Assembly: GCA_049324195.1 (NCBI GenBank)
Contig: JBMOKZ010000379.1
Span: 1 to 45,442, forward strand
Source: Candidatus Zixiibacteriota bacterium
GTDB taxonomy: Bacteria; Zixibacteria; MSB-5A5; GN15; FEB-12
Direction of reading: 5' to 3'
Length of the DNA: 45,442 bases
This document shows, in pieces, positions 1 to 10,196 of this stretch. The notes beneath the pieces are model-generated. The model had not been told where the DNA came from. It saw only the letters and a program-made list of their open reading frames with translations, and ran no database searches. Made by a program: the position numbers and the translations under genes. How positions within the stretch are numbered: the first letter of the stretch is position 1; each line of letters opens with the position of its first letter.

Positions 1-165
1 AACTTTATATACTTTAGAGGTTTATACAAAAAGGAGGTAGTTTATAGCACTACGGTTAATGTTTTTTTGTTTTTAATTTAGTTACATAAAAGGTGTTGAT
101 TTAATCGGCCTTTATAACCGTTGCTTAAACTACTGGTTATGGGCCGGGTCAGAGGCCCGGTACAT

Positions 166-3100
166 ATGAAAGTCTTATTGTATAAATCTTTTTTTATTGC
201 CTTTTTCTTTATCGCCGGAACTCTTTCCTCAAGGGCGACCGACGATATAGAAGTTATCGCTTCCGGCGACGAGACTTTCCAATTCAAGTTTTTCTGTAAT
301 TCCGACTTATCGAATCTTGTCCCGGTTTTTCTGACCGATTCCAGCCGGGTTTTCCAAAAATATGTTAAAGTGGGTATTCCTTACGGTTCCACCGCTCGAC
401 TTCTGGCGGTTGAAAGCCGGTCACCTGAACCTTTCACCTTCGATGAAAATACACGTGTTACTCAGGCTCCGCTGGTAAGTCTGTCGAAACCTCTGACGGT
501 ACGTGACCGCCAGATGGTAACAGTCATTATTTCTCCGGTTCAGGGCAGTGTGACTTATCGAGAAATTGAAATAACGATTGGTTTTTCGAAAGGAGAAGAC
601 CGGACTGACAATCAAGTTCGAACTGATCCGCATTTCGACCGTATTTTCCAGACTATCCTTGCCAATTACGACCGTTTCCGCACCTGGCCTTCCCCGGCGC
701 GGTCCACGCAGGCTCTTGCGGTGGCGGCTGTTGACCATCCCCTTTATAAAGCCGACCAATGGTATAAAATTTATGTTAACGAGACCGGTCTTTATCGTAT
801 CACCGGCTCTCAGTTGAGTGCCGCGGGTGTTTCCCTGACCGGCCTTCAAGCCGACTCCATCAGGATATTCAACAGCGGCGGATTGAAACTGTCCCTGTTC
901 AATGAGGAGCCCCGTCCCGAGTTCGAGGAAATAGCGATCGTGGTCGAGGACGGTGGCGACGGCCTGTTCGGAAACAACGACTATATTCTTTTTTACGGGG
1001 AATCGCTTAACCGCTGGCTTTTCGAGGCGGGTTCGTCCATAAGTCATACCAATAACCAGGTGGCGTCGGAAAACGTTTACTGGCTGTGCACTTCCGGAAC
1101 TTTCGAAATGCCCCCGGTCAGAATGGCGGTCGAGAATGCCACCCCAAGCGGCACGGAGACCGATATTACCTCATCCTGGCGCTGGGTCCGGGTAGAACAG
1201 GATATTTTTCTGGCTCCCGACGACGACGGTCATCTTCGCGATTATTACCGCTGGTACTGGTCCAAGGATACGCTGGTGACGTTTTCGGTTTCTACTCCGG
1301 CGGCAATTCCCGGCGATTCCGCTTATGTCTATATTAAAGCCCGCACCAGCGGGTCTTTGTCGGTGATCGATTACGTGAACCTGAAAATTAACGGGGTTAC
1401 CGGTTTGGATAAAAATTGTACCCGTTTTGAATGTGTTTACAGCACCGAAGCGCTGGTTGACGGGTTGAACAGCGTCGAGCTGCAGTTGACGCCCATCCGT
1501 CCCGAACCGAGCCGGCTTTCGCCTTATTTAGATTATCTGGATATTTCCTATTCTGCCTATCTGGAACCTTCGAACGGTAAACTGGACATGATTTTCGGTG
1601 ACCTGAGCGGTCAGTATCGAATTATCATCAACGACAACTTTTCCTCGGCGCCCTTATTGATAGACCTGACCGACCCGCGTCAGCCGTTCCGCCTGACCGG
1701 TTACCAGCGCAGTGCAGGTATGCTTTATTTCAGCGCCGTGTTTGAAGCCGGGAGCCATAATCGTTTTTACTGCGCTGACCCGACTTTGGCGTTATCCCCC
1801 GAGGCTGTCACTGCGGAAACCGCCTTTGCCAATCTTAGGGAAACCGACCGCCAGGTTGATTTGTTCATCGTCACTCCCCGGGTGTTCGCCAACCGCCTTG
1901 ACGAGTATGTCCAGTACCGGGAGGACGATGGTTACGCGGTGGAAATAGTGACGGTCGAAGATATCATGGACAATTTCTCCTACGGAGTTTACGACCCGGT
2001 GGCGATTCGTGATTTTCTGAAATTCGCTTACGAGAATTCTCCCGACCCGAAACCCTCGTCGGTACTTTTCGTCGGCGACGCCAATTTCGATTTTCTGGAC
2101 AAGCTGGAAACCGGCGTGCCCAACTATGTACCGCTTATGCTGCACGAATACAGCCAGGTCGATTACACTTATAACGACGACAACTATGTTTATTTCGGCG
2201 AGTACGGCGTTCTCGACGAGGACACCAGCTTTATTTTCCATCCCGACCGGGGTTACGAGATGATGACCGCCCGCTGGCCGGTCAGTTCCGTGAGCCAGAT
2301 AAACGTCATTATCGATAAAATAATGAATTACGAATCTCCGGCCAATTTCGGTTTCTGGCGGAACAACGTCACGCTGGTAGCCGACGATGCTTACGAGGGT
2401 ACGACCAACACCTACCAGTATTTCCATGCCGGCGATACCGATACTCTGGCCCGGGAGCATATCCCGCGCCATTTCAATATCGAGAAAATTTATCTCTGGG
2501 ATTATCCGCTGGTCAACCGGGAAAAACCGGAGGTCAACGATAAAATCGTGGAAAGCATCAACGACGGGACGCTGATTGTCAATTATGTCGGTCATGGCAA
2601 CGCGAATGTCTGGGCGCACGAACACGTGTTCCAGCGGCAGTCGGATTTGCCCCGCCTGACCAATCTCGAGATGCTGCCGCTGGTGGTCGCCGCTTCCTGC
2701 GAAATTGGTTTTATCGACAATCCCAAGAGTGAGGGCATGGGTGAGGATTTCCTTACCTGGACCAACGGCGGCGCCATCGGTGTTCTGGCGGCCACCCGTC
2801 TGGTTTATGCCTCCGATAATAAGGATTTTAATCAGATGGTATACGATGTTCTGTTGTACAACGATTCGCTTTCGATTTGTCAATCGATATACACCGCCAA
2901 GCTTCTGCGCCAGTACAATATCGATTCCACCATCTCGAAGCTGGAAAACGACCGGGCTTTCATCTATCTGGGCGGTCCTTTCGTTCGGCTCGGCCGACCG
3001 TTACTGGATATCGAATTCAGCGAACGCCCCGACAGCCTGGCGGCGCTGGCGCGCGTCCGGGTGGCGGGACGGGTGGTCGATGAAAACCTCCAGACCTTGA

Positions 3101-4050
3101 ACCGTAACGGTGTCCTTGAAGTTAACGTCTATGATTCCGAACGGGAAGTGCTTTACCGTGATGAAGGTGCCGATATCATGACCTATCTGGTGCAGGGACC
3201 GCTGATTTATCGCGGCTCGGCCTCGATTACGGCCGGCGAGTTCAATTTTGAGTTCATCAACCCCCTCGATATAAATTACGGCGGACAGGGCGCGAAGATT
3301 GTCGCCTACGCCCTCCTCGACGGTATTGACGGTATTGGTCTGGTTGATTCCATCCCGATTTCCGATTCCATCGTCATCAGTTCCGATTCGGTCGGACCGG
3401 TCATTTCCTTCAATTTCACCGGTCGCGAGAATTTCCTCAGCGGCGACGTTATCACCCCCGGGGAAACGCTCGAAATCACTCTGGTCGATTCCTCCGGGAT
3501 AAACCTGGTTGGCGGTCTGGGACACGGGATAACTCTGGAAATTGACCATAAACCCGAAAATATAATAAACCTTTCCGGCAGTTTTGAATATGACCAGGAT
3601 GATTTTACCACTGGCTCGTTGACCTGCAAGCTGGATGATTTGGGTCTCGGTGAACATCACTTCAAGATAAAGGCCTGGGATAACGCCAATAATTCCTCCT
3701 CGGTGGAATTTTCCGCCCGGGTCGTAGCTCAGGGAGTTCTGGCGATAAACAACCTGTTGAATTATCCCAATCCTATGAGCGAAAATACTACCTTTTACTT
3801 TGAATTAACTCAGCAGGTGGAAAAATTTTCCCTGGAGATCTTTACTCTCTCGGGCAAGAAGATTAAGTATTTTAACCAATATGGCTTAGGTGCCGATAAT
3901 TATCCTAACGGTAATTGTGAAATAACCTGGGATGGAAAAGACGCCGAAGGCGACCGGGTCGCCACCGGGGTCTATATCTATAAAGCCAAGGCTGTTCCGC
4001 TGTCTGGCGAAGCGGTCGAATCATTTGGAAAAGTAGTTGTTATTAATTAA
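166..4050 (+). CDS. porU: PorU-like T9SS C-terminal signal peptidase/sortase (peptidase C25, gingipain family) with its own T9SS C-terminal domain
   Basis: The track ORF starts at TTG 121. I prefer ATG 166 because it gives a classic signal peptide, MKVLLYKSFFIAFFFIAGTLSSRA. C25-type catalytic contexts are visible: LIVNYVGHGNANVW (His) and LPLVVAASCEIGF (Cys). The C-terminal ~95 aa resemble a T9SS sorting domain. The gene lies directly upstream of a PorV-like gene (17-nt gap), which is the conserved porU-porV arrangement. Confidence 0.7.
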   Translation: MKVLLYKSFFIAFFFIAGTLSSRATDDIEVIASGDETFQFKFFCNSDLSNLVPVFLTDSSRVFQKYVKVGIPYGSTARLLAVESRSPEPFTFDENTRVTQAPLVSLSKPLTVRDRQMVTVIISPVQGSVTYREIEITIGFSKGEDRTDNQVRTDPHFDRIFQTILANYDRFRTWPSPARSTQALAVAAVDHPLYKADQWYKIYVNETGLYRITGSQLSAAGVSLTGLQADSIRIFNSGGLKLSLFNEEPRPEFEEIAIVVEDGGDGLFGNNDYILFYGESLNRWLFEAGSSISHTNNQVASENVYWLCTSGTFEMPPVRMAVENATPSGTETDITSSWRWVRVEQDIFLAPDDDGHLRDYYRWYWSKDTLVTFSVSTPAAIPGDSAYVYIKARTSGSLSVIDYVNLKINGVTGLDKNCTRFECVYSTEALVDGLNSVELQLTPIRPEPSRLSPYLDYLDISYSAYLEPSNGKLDMIFGDLSGQYRIIINDNFSSAPLLIDLTDPRQPFRLTGYQRSAGMLYFSAVFEAGSHNRFYCADPTLALSPEAVTAETAFANLRETDRQVDLFIVTPRVFANRLDEYVQYREDDGYAVEIVTVEDIMDNFSYGVYDPVAIRDFLKFAYENSPDPKPSSVLFVGDANFDFLDKLETGVPNYVPLMLHEYSQVDYTYNDDNYVYFGEYGVLDEDTSFIFHPDRGYEMMTARWPVSSVSQINVIIDKIMNYESPANFGFWRNNVTLVADDAYEGTTNTYQYFHAGDTDTLAREHIPRHFNIEKIYLWDYPLVNREKPEVNDKIVESINDGTLIVNYVGHGNANVWAHEHVFQRQSDLPRLTNLEMLPLVVAASCEIGFIDNPKSEGMGEDFLTWTNGGAIGVLAATRLVYASDNKDFNQMVYDVLLYNDSLSICQSIYTAKLLRQYNIDSTISKLENDRAFIYLGGPFVRLGRPLLDIEFSERPDSLAALARVRVAGRVVDENLQTLNRNGVLEVNVYDSEREVLYRDEGADIMTYLVQGPLIYRGSASITAGEFNFEFINPLDINYGGQGAKIVAYALLDGIDGIGLVDSIPISDSIVISSDSVGPVISFNFTGRENFLSGDVITPGETLEITLVDSSGINLVGGLGHGITLEIDHKPENIINLSGSFEYDQDDFTTGSLTCKLDDLGLGEHHFKIKAWDNANNSSSVEFSARVVAQGVLAINNLLNYPNPMSENTTFYFELTQQVEKFSLEIFTLSGKKIKYFNQYGLGADNYPNGNCEITWDGKDAEGDRVATGVYIYKAKAVPLSGEAVESFGKVVVIN
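3730..4047 (+). other. T9SS C-terminal sorting domain (CTD) of the PorU-like protein
   Basis: LLNYPNPMSENTTFYFELTQQVEKFSLEIFTLSGKKIKYF...ITWDGKDAEGDRVATGVYIYKAKAV...GKVVVIN shows the NYPNP start and the GVYIY-type penultimate strand typical of Por secretion tails. Domain boundaries are approximate. Confidence 0.6.
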
Positions 4051-4067
4051 ATAAGTGGAGAATTGAT

Positions 4068-6728
4068 ATGAAAATGAGAAAAGCAATCGTTTCCTCTCTC
4101 GCTCTGATTTTTGTCTTGATGGCGGCTGTGGATGGTTTTGCCGACGTATCAAGCGCCGCGGTGTTGTTTTTGAGAATCGCCGCCGGTTCCAGGGCTTCGG
4201 CAATGGGAGAGTCCTTTGTAGCGGTTGCCGATGATGGTACCACCACTCACTGGAATCCCGCCGGTCTGGGGTCATACCCGCTCGCGGATGACTGGATCGA
4301 AAACAGCCTGCCGGATGAATATCGACCGGTTACGGCTTTTGCCGCCATTCCGAAAAACCGCAGCGGTCTGTCTATAGATTATGATATCTGGGCGCTTACC
4401 AGTAAGGGTCTTGTCCGGTTCGATGGAAAAAACTGGGAATCGTCGGAAACCTTCGATACCAAAACCGACGATGAACTCCAGAAAGTCATTGCCTCTTACT
4501 TTAATACCAAGGATGACGCGAAGCTGGTCCGGATGGTAACGATAGTCGCCGAGGCCAACAGTAAGAGAACCCTTCAGGAAATGACCACCCTGAAAGAAAA
4601 TATTCTCGCGGCAATACCTGCGGATTACAAACACCGTGAAGGCCTGCTGGGGAACCTTGACAGCCTGATGGTCAAGTACAATGAATGCAAGCTGAAATGG
4701 GAAAAAGTCGAGGAAATCGAATCGCAGTACAAGGAAGCCATGAAGGACAGCCTGATGAACATCGACGAAGCGGAGAAAATATACTTCGCCGTGGAAAAGT
4801 CCTGGGCGCGCTGGATACCCGAAGAAATCAAGGTTCCTTATAACGTGTTTTTCGATTCGGATTTGAAAATGATCGCCTCGGCGGGCGATAAATTGCTGGT
4901 CGGAACCTCGGACGGTCTGGTAGCTTTTAACGGTAAAAGCTGGCAGTCCCTAACCGTGGAAAATGGTCTGCCCTCGAACAATATTTTGACGTTCTGTACC
5001 TCCGACCAGAAAATTCTGGTTGGAACCGATTCCGGGCTCGTGGTTTTCGACGGCTTTTCTATCGACACCACCTCGCTGGCCGGCTGCCCGGCCGGAACGG
5101 TGACCGCTATCGGCGCCGACGGTCTGTCCAGTGTTTATGCCGTCGTCGATAACGACCTGTATCATTTTGATGGCAGCGCCTGGTCCAACAGCTTTGTCTA
5201 TACTCTGGAGCTCGAGGATACGCCCGAGAAAATCGCCGAAAAGTTTTCCGTTTACGGAACCGAGACTGAAAAAGAGAAATACCTGGCCAAGCTCGAGACC
5301 TTGAAAACCCCCCCGGCGCCTGTTGAACCCGAAGTCGAAGCGGATACAACCGGTGAAGCCGCCGCTGAGGGAGAGGCGGCCGAGGTGCAGCCGGAAGTCG
5401 CTGAGGCGACCCCGGAAAAGCTGGATGTCGCGGAAATGAGAATCCCCTTTCTTGCGGAATTCAAAGGCCGGGTCACCAGTATTTATGTGGCGTTCGATGA
5501 AACCGTCTGGGTCGGTACTGACTATGGGATCCTGTCGTTCAACGGCGAAAGCTGGCAGATGCCCGGTTATAAGGATTACACTGTCAGGGAGGGTGAAACG
5601 TTCGAGAATTTGATCGCTTTCAAGGAAAACAACACACCCGATGACGCGGAGCTTTATGCCGCCCAGCTGATGGAAATCAACGACCTGCCGGAGAAAACGG
5701 TGAAAGCCGGCGACGTTATGAAAATCTATTCCAACCCGGCCGCTTTACCTGTGAACGGTATTTCCCGGCACGAGAAAAAAATCATGTTCGCCACTCCCGA
5801 AGGCATGATCGAATACGGCGACGGCGCCTGGAGCCGTTCCGGAGCCTTGAATCTCGGTAGCACCGAGATCGTCGGTATTTCCTCGATCGATAACGAAGTT
5901 ATGGTGATGACCGATGAGCGGATAGTTGTCCGGGCCAAGGGACGAACCGAACTCACTTTCATGCACGTCAAGTGGCTTAAAGAACTGGCTGACGACATGT
6001 ACTATGAGTTTCTCTCGTTCGTCACGAGCAAGGGTGACCTGGGGACGTTCGGCGGCAACATCACTTACATTACTTATGGAAGTTTTATTCAGACGACTAC
6101 TTCTCCGGATGAACAGGGTCAGTTTGACGCCTTTGATCTGGCCATCACCCTCGCTTACGGTAATTCGCTGACCCGGCGGCTCAAATACGGTTTGTCGGCC
6201 AAACTGATTCACTCCCATCTCAGTCCTATCGGCGCCGGAAAAGAACAGGGCGACGGTATCTCCTGGGGTTTTGCGGTTGATTTCGGACTGCTCTATCATA
6301 TGACGCCGCGGCTTAACTGGGGTCTGGCAATCACCAATATCGGTCCCAAGATGCAGTATATCGACGCCGGTCAGTCCGATGACTTGCCGCGTAACCTTTC
6401 ATTCGGTTTCGCTTACAAGCTGATTCAGACCGATTATTACAAAATGTTGGTTACGGGCGAATTGAATAAAATCCTGGTCAGCCTGGATGACGGACTGTCC
6501 GAGGAATTCCGCGAAATGGTGATATCCGGAGGTGGTGAATTCACCTACGCCGATTTGCTCGCCGCCCGGGCCGGTTATTATTACGATAAGGAAGGTCAAC
6601 TTAAATATTTGACGCTCGGGTTGGGCCTGACGTTAAAAATCTTTAAATTTGATTTTGCTTATATTCCGAATAATGACGATATTGCCCTGGCGAATACGTT
6701 GCGTATGTCCTTCTCGGTACTGTTGTAA
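4068..6728 (+). CDS. porV: PorV/PorQ-family outer-membrane barrel protein interrupted by a ~550-aa insertion (Reg_prop-like propeller repeats, acidic P/E/A linker, LysM-like stretches)
   Basis: ATG is preceded by GTGGAG, and there is a signal peptide (MKMRKAIVSSLALIFVLMAAVDGFA). It is followed by AAVLFLRIAAGSRASAMGESFVAVADDGTTTHWNPAGLG, the N-terminal signature I associate with PorV/PorQ. The last ~270 aa have alternating-hydrophobic strands (YGLSAKLIHSHL, WGFAVDFGLLYH, WGLAITNIGPKMQY, LSFGFAYKL, LRMSFSVLL). The middle carries six GLxxF(D/N)GxxW-type repeats. Confidence 0.6.
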   Translation: MKMRKAIVSSLALIFVLMAAVDGFADVSSAAVLFLRIAAGSRASAMGESFVAVADDGTTTHWNPAGLGSYPLADDWIENSLPDEYRPVTAFAAIPKNRSGLSIDYDIWALTSKGLVRFDGKNWESSETFDTKTDDELQKVIASYFNTKDDAKLVRMVTIVAEANSKRTLQEMTTLKENILAAIPADYKHREGLLGNLDSLMVKYNECKLKWEKVEEIESQYKEAMKDSLMNIDEAEKIYFAVEKSWARWIPEEIKVPYNVFFDSDLKMIASAGDKLLVGTSDGLVAFNGKSWQSLTVENGLPSNNILTFCTSDQKILVGTDSGLVVFDGFSIDTTSLAGCPAGTVTAIGADGLSSVYAVVDNDLYHFDGSAWSNSFVYTLELEDTPEKIAEKFSVYGTETEKEKYLAKLETLKTPPAPVEPEVEADTTGEAAAEGEAAEVQPEVAEATPEKLDVAEMRIPFLAEFKGRVTSIYVAFDETVWVGTDYGILSFNGESWQMPGYKDYTVREGETFENLIAFKENNTPDDAELYAAQLMEINDLPEKTVKAGDVMKIYSNPAALPVNGISRHEKKIMFATPEGMIEYGDGAWSRSGALNLGSTEIVGISSIDNEVMVMTDERIVVRAKGRTELTFMHVKWLKELADDMYYEFLSFVTSKGDLGTFGGNITYITYGSFIQTTTSPDEQGQFDAFDLAITLAYGNSLTRRLKYGLSAKLIHSHLSPIGAGKEQGDGISWGFAVDFGLLYHMTPRLNWGLAITNIGPKMQYIDAGQSDDLPRNLSFGFAYKLIQTDYYKMLVTGELNKILVSLDDGLSEEFREMVISGGGEFTYADLLAARAGYYYDKEGQLKYLTLGLGLTLKIFKFDFAYIPNNDDIALANTLRMSFSVLL

Positions 6729-6767
6729 CGGGTACCGAGTCTCGCTACCCCGGAAGGAGGAAGTTGC

Positions 6768-9700
6768 TTGCATAGGATGCAGTTTCTGGAGAAGATACTA
6801 TTAGTTTTAATAATATTCACCGGGCTGTCGCTGACAGCCCGGGCTGCTGATGACATCATAATCGGTAAAAAAGTCCCGGCGGAAAAAACCGTTACGGCTA
6901 ATCCTGTCCGCGGATTCGACATTAGCCCCTATCCCAACGAACGTCTTAATATCTCGTCGATGAAAAAAGGTGACAAGGTCTGGGCTCTGCCGTCCCGCGC
7001 GCTGGCCGCCGATTTCGATTCCACTATCAACGTCCTGGTTCTGCGCGTTCAGTTTCAGGAAGAAGTCGAGGATGACCCCAACACCACCGGCAACGGCATT
7101 ATGAACGTCACCCACCCCAAGGAGAACGTGAACGATTCCCTTGCCTATTTCGATTCGGTCGGCCACTGGGTCGATCCCCCGCCGCACGATTCGCTATATT
7201 TCGACGCCCATATGCGGTCGCTCAACCGCTACTGGGAAACCGTCTCCGATTCCGGCCTTCAATTGACCTGGAACATTTTTCCTTCGGGGGCCAATTCCGT
7301 TTATCAACTGCCACATGAGATGAGCTATTACGGCAAGTGCAGCTACGATTCTGTGGTGCTGGGACTTCAGAATTTCTTTATTGACTGCATTGAACTGGCC
7401 GATGAAGATCCTGATATCGCTTTCGCGGATTATCAGGCTATTATCATTTTCCACGCCGGCGCCGACCGTCAGAACGATCTCGGTTATCCGCTCACCTGTT
7501 GTGACCTCTTTACCGGTTATATCCGCTTTATCGATACCGCGCTGGTGGTCGATGATGGCGCCGCTGAGGTCAACTCGGCGGTCATGATGCCCGAGTATTC
7601 CAGTCAGGACAACCGGGCGGTGGCTATCAACGCCGTGATGGCGCACGAGTTTGGTCATCAACTGGGTTTGATTGACCTGTACAACACCTACTCCGCGGCG
7701 CTGATGTCCTGTCTGGGTGATTTTGCTTTGATGGACAATAACGGTTTCAACACCGGTCTGGAGATGCCCGAATGGTTCTCCAAGCCCTGGATCGGGACCG
7801 TCTTTGGCGCCATGCCCATTTACCCCTGCGCCTGGTCGCGGGCTTATCTCGGCTTTGATGAGGTGGTTGATTACAGGCAGGGTTCGGATATTCGGCTGGT
7901 GGCCGCCGAGGCTGCCCGGGAAGGCGTTAAAATCGCCCGTATCCCCATCTCCGAGATGGAGTACTATCTTATCGAGGTCCGGACCGACGATATGGACGGT
8001 ATCGAGGAAGTCGGGGTCAAATGGGACGCCGACGGTACCGGTATTTTCCTCTGGCCCAAAAACGAATATGTCGATTTCAACCGGGAGTACGATGCTCTCA
8101 TCCCCGGTGCGGGGATGCTGATATATCATGTCGATGAATCCGTGGCCTGGATGAATTTCGACGCCTCCGAATACGATACGCTCAATAATTTCGATGACAA
8201 CGACCTGCAATGGGACCGCGAACGTCGGTTTGTCAAGCTGGTCGAGGCCGACGGTATCGAGAATTTCCACGGCTATTATTCGGGCGGCTACGGCGAGGAG
8301 GACGATATGTTCCGAGAGGACAACAACGGTTCGTTTACGCCCAATACCAACCCGCCCGCCATCGATAATTCCGGCAACAACACGCATATTTATATCGAAA
8401 ACATCTCCCGTCTGGATACGCTTTTTCCCGGAGAATCGGTAATTTCGACCCTCGACACCATCATGACTTTCGACCTCGAAACCAGGGGACTGGTGCAGAA
8501 TTTCCCGGTCCGGGTCGGTCCTTACGGTTACAGCGTGATCGCCGATGACCTGAACTATGACGGAAAAACCGAAATAATTACTGCCTGCGGCAACCTGCTG
8601 GCGGTATTCACCGCCGACGGTCATAATTTCCTGATGGAGCAACACGGGTTCGACAGCGGTCATGTCTATTATGACGACGCCGCGGCAATAATCAATCCGG
8701 GGGAATCGTTCGAACCGGACAGCACCGATATTGTCATCCATCTGAATCCCCAGCCCGTACCGCTTTACGTGCGCACCTCAGAAATCATGTCCTGCGCGCC
8801 CGTAACCGGGCAGTTCGATACGACGATGCTGCTCGATAAATACGTCGCGATCGGTTTTCCGACTTCTATCAGCATGGGCGTAGTTTTGTTTTATACGACC
8901 GATGACAACAATCTGGACGGCCGGTCAGACGCCGTCAACGCCATCGGGGCGCCGCTGCCGACCAGAGGATACCCGATTGCCCTTTCGTTCGGAAGTAAAC
9001 TATATGCCCTGACCGATTCCGGGTACGTCTATTTCAAGGAGGCTTTGACGGCTCCCGCGCTGGCATACCCATATTTTAAAAACGAGGAATACTTCGGCAT
9101 CTGCCGTATCAGCGAAAACCGTCTGCTGCTTATGGCGGGGGACACCCTGGGTGACGATAACGAACAAACCAGAATTTACTATATGGGGGGTACGGCCGAG
9201 ACCGTGGATTCGCTGGTGCTCGACGGTTATTACAAATACGGCCCGGTGCTGGTGGATGTCGATAAAGACTACCAGCCGGAAATCGTCGCTTGCACCCCCG
9301 ACGGCGATATCGTTTACGTGACGGTGGACACGACCAGCGTCATGCCCTCGTTCAGTATTCTCGCGCACCGCAAGACCGGTTATCGTTTGACGACCAACCC
9401 GGCAGTGGGCGATGTCGACCTCAACGGCTACCCGGATATAATTATCGGCGGGCAGAACGCCGTGTATGCTTTCAATCAGGACCTGACCCTCAAAACCGGC
9501 TTCCCGATCGAAGTCAATGACCGTTACCCCGACGATATCGTCGCCGCCGCGCCGATCACGACGGACCTTCGGTCCGGAGGCGTCCCGGAAATAATCTTCC
9601 CGACGGAAGTGGGTAATATCAACTCGTTCGGTCCTGACAAAACCTATGGTTTCCCGCTTTCAGCGGGGGAATACGGGCTGGGGTCGTGTGTTTATTTCGT

Positions 9701-10178
9701 CGATTCCTCCTCGGGCGATTCCATAGTCGGACGGCTCGGGTATATCGGCGCCGACGGCTGGTTCTATGCCTGGTCGGTGGACCCGGACACGGCGCATAAT
9801 TACTGGCCCATGATAGGTCGTGACCCCGAAGGCTCGTTCCGGTTTATCAACGACCAGCTCCAGCCGGCGACGCCTACAGCCGGTTTGCTTCCGGAGGAGC
9901 GGTTTTACAATTATCCCAACCCGGTACTGGACGGCGCTACCACCATCACCTACTGGCTTAATGATACTCCGGAGAATATTGCTCTGACGATTTATGATTT
10001 GTCCGGACGTGAGGTAAAAAGTTTCCGCATGGACGAACTCGGCCGGCGCGTTCAGGAAGAAAACGAAGTGGTCTGGAACTGCGGTAACGTCACTCCGGGG
10101 GTGTATCGGTGCCTGATAAAAGTCGATTTCTCCGGAAGCACCGAAACGTCCTTTACCGATATTGCCGTAATAAGATAA
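6768..10178 (+). CDS. Secreted M6-family (immune inhibitor A-like) zinc metalloprotease with FG-GAP/VCBS-like repeats and a T9SS CTD
   Basis: The HExxH site sits in AVMAHEFGHQLGLIDLY. M6-type blocks are present: MEYYLIEVR, GAGMLIYHVDES, VKLVEADG. FG-GAP-like repeats are DLNYDGKTEIITA, DVDKDYQPEIVA, GDVDLNGYPDIIIGG and DLRSGGVPEIIF. SD GGAGG (6756-6760) lies 7 nt before TTG 6768; ATG 6777 is an alternative start. A signal peptide ends in ...LTARAADD. Confidence 0.75.
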   Translation: MHRMQFLEKILLVLIIFTGLSLTARAADDIIIGKKVPAEKTVTANPVRGFDISPYPNERLNISSMKKGDKVWALPSRALAADFDSTINVLVLRVQFQEEVEDDPNTTGNGIMNVTHPKENVNDSLAYFDSVGHWVDPPPHDSLYFDAHMRSLNRYWETVSDSGLQLTWNIFPSGANSVYQLPHEMSYYGKCSYDSVVLGLQNFFIDCIELADEDPDIAFADYQAIIIFHAGADRQNDLGYPLTCCDLFTGYIRFIDTALVVDDGAAEVNSAVMMPEYSSQDNRAVAINAVMAHEFGHQLGLIDLYNTYSAALMSCLGDFALMDNNGFNTGLEMPEWFSKPWIGTVFGAMPIYPCAWSRAYLGFDEVVDYRQGSDIRLVAAEAAREGVKIARIPISEMEYYLIEVRTDDMDGIEEVGVKWDADGTGIFLWPKNEYVDFNREYDALIPGAGMLIYHVDESVAWMNFDASEYDTLNNFDDNDLQWDRERRFVKLVEADGIENFHGYYSGGYGEEDDMFREDNNGSFTPNTNPPAIDNSGNNTHIYIENISRLDTLFPGESVISTLDTIMTFDLETRGLVQNFPVRVGPYGYSVIADDLNYDGKTEIITACGNLLAVFTADGHNFLMEQHGFDSGHVYYDDAAAIINPGESFEPDSTDIVIHLNPQPVPLYVRTSEIMSCAPVTGQFDTTMLLDKYVAIGFPTSISMGVVLFYTTDDNNLDGRSDAVNAIGAPLPTRGYPIALSFGSKLYALTDSGYVYFKEALTAPALAYPYFKNEEYFGICRISENRLLLMAGDTLGDDNEQTRIYYMGGTAETVDSLVLDGYYKYGPVLVDVDKDYQPEIVACTPDGDIVYVTVDTTSVMPSFSILAHRKTGYRLTTNPAVGDVDLNGYPDIIIGGQNAVYAFNQDLTLKTGFPIEVNDRYPDDIVAAAPITTDLRSGGVPEIIFPTEVGNINSFGPDKTYGFPLSAGEYGLGSCVYFVDSSSGDSIVGRLGYIGADGWFYAWSVDPDTAHNYWPMIGRDPEGSFRFINDQLQPATPTAGLLPEERFYNYPNPVLDGATTITYWLNDTPENIALTIYDLSGREVKSFRMDELGRRVQEENEVVWNCGNVTPGVYRCLIKVDFSGSTETSFTDIAVIR
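9900..10175 (+). other. T9SS C-terminal sorting domain (CTD) of the M6 protease
   Basis: FYNYPNPVLDGATTITYWLNDTPENIALTIYDLSGREVKSF...VVWNCGNVTPGVYRCLIKVDF...TDIAVIR has the same NYPNP...GVY pattern as the CTD at 3730-4047. Boundaries are approximate. Confidence 0.6.
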
Positions 10179-10196
10179 ACAACCGAGGAATAGAAA

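Noticed and set aside
1-165. The region upstream of porU, scanned for promoter, RBS or small-ORF signals (AAAGGAGG at about 31-38; CCGGG-N7-CCCGG hairpin at 144-160; TAATTTAG resembling a Bacteroidetes -7 box)
   Set aside because: The AGGAGG has no start codon at a suitable distance, no hexamer pair has proper spacing, and the -7-like box has a mismatch. The signals are too weak to call.
1792-2883. 363-aa minus-strand ORF (and the similar ORFs 421-1047 and 3001-3660) antisense to the PorU-like gene
   Set aside because: They lie wholly inside a longer + strand ORF with clear C25 catalytic motifs. They have no recognisable motifs and show the Arg/Gly/Val-rich composition typical of antisense frames in GC-rich coding DNA.
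7194-8741. 515-aa minus-strand ORF antisense to the M6 protease gene
   Set aside because: It is embedded in an ORF carrying the HEFGH zinc site and M6 blocks. It has no start context or motifs and is judged a shadow ORF.
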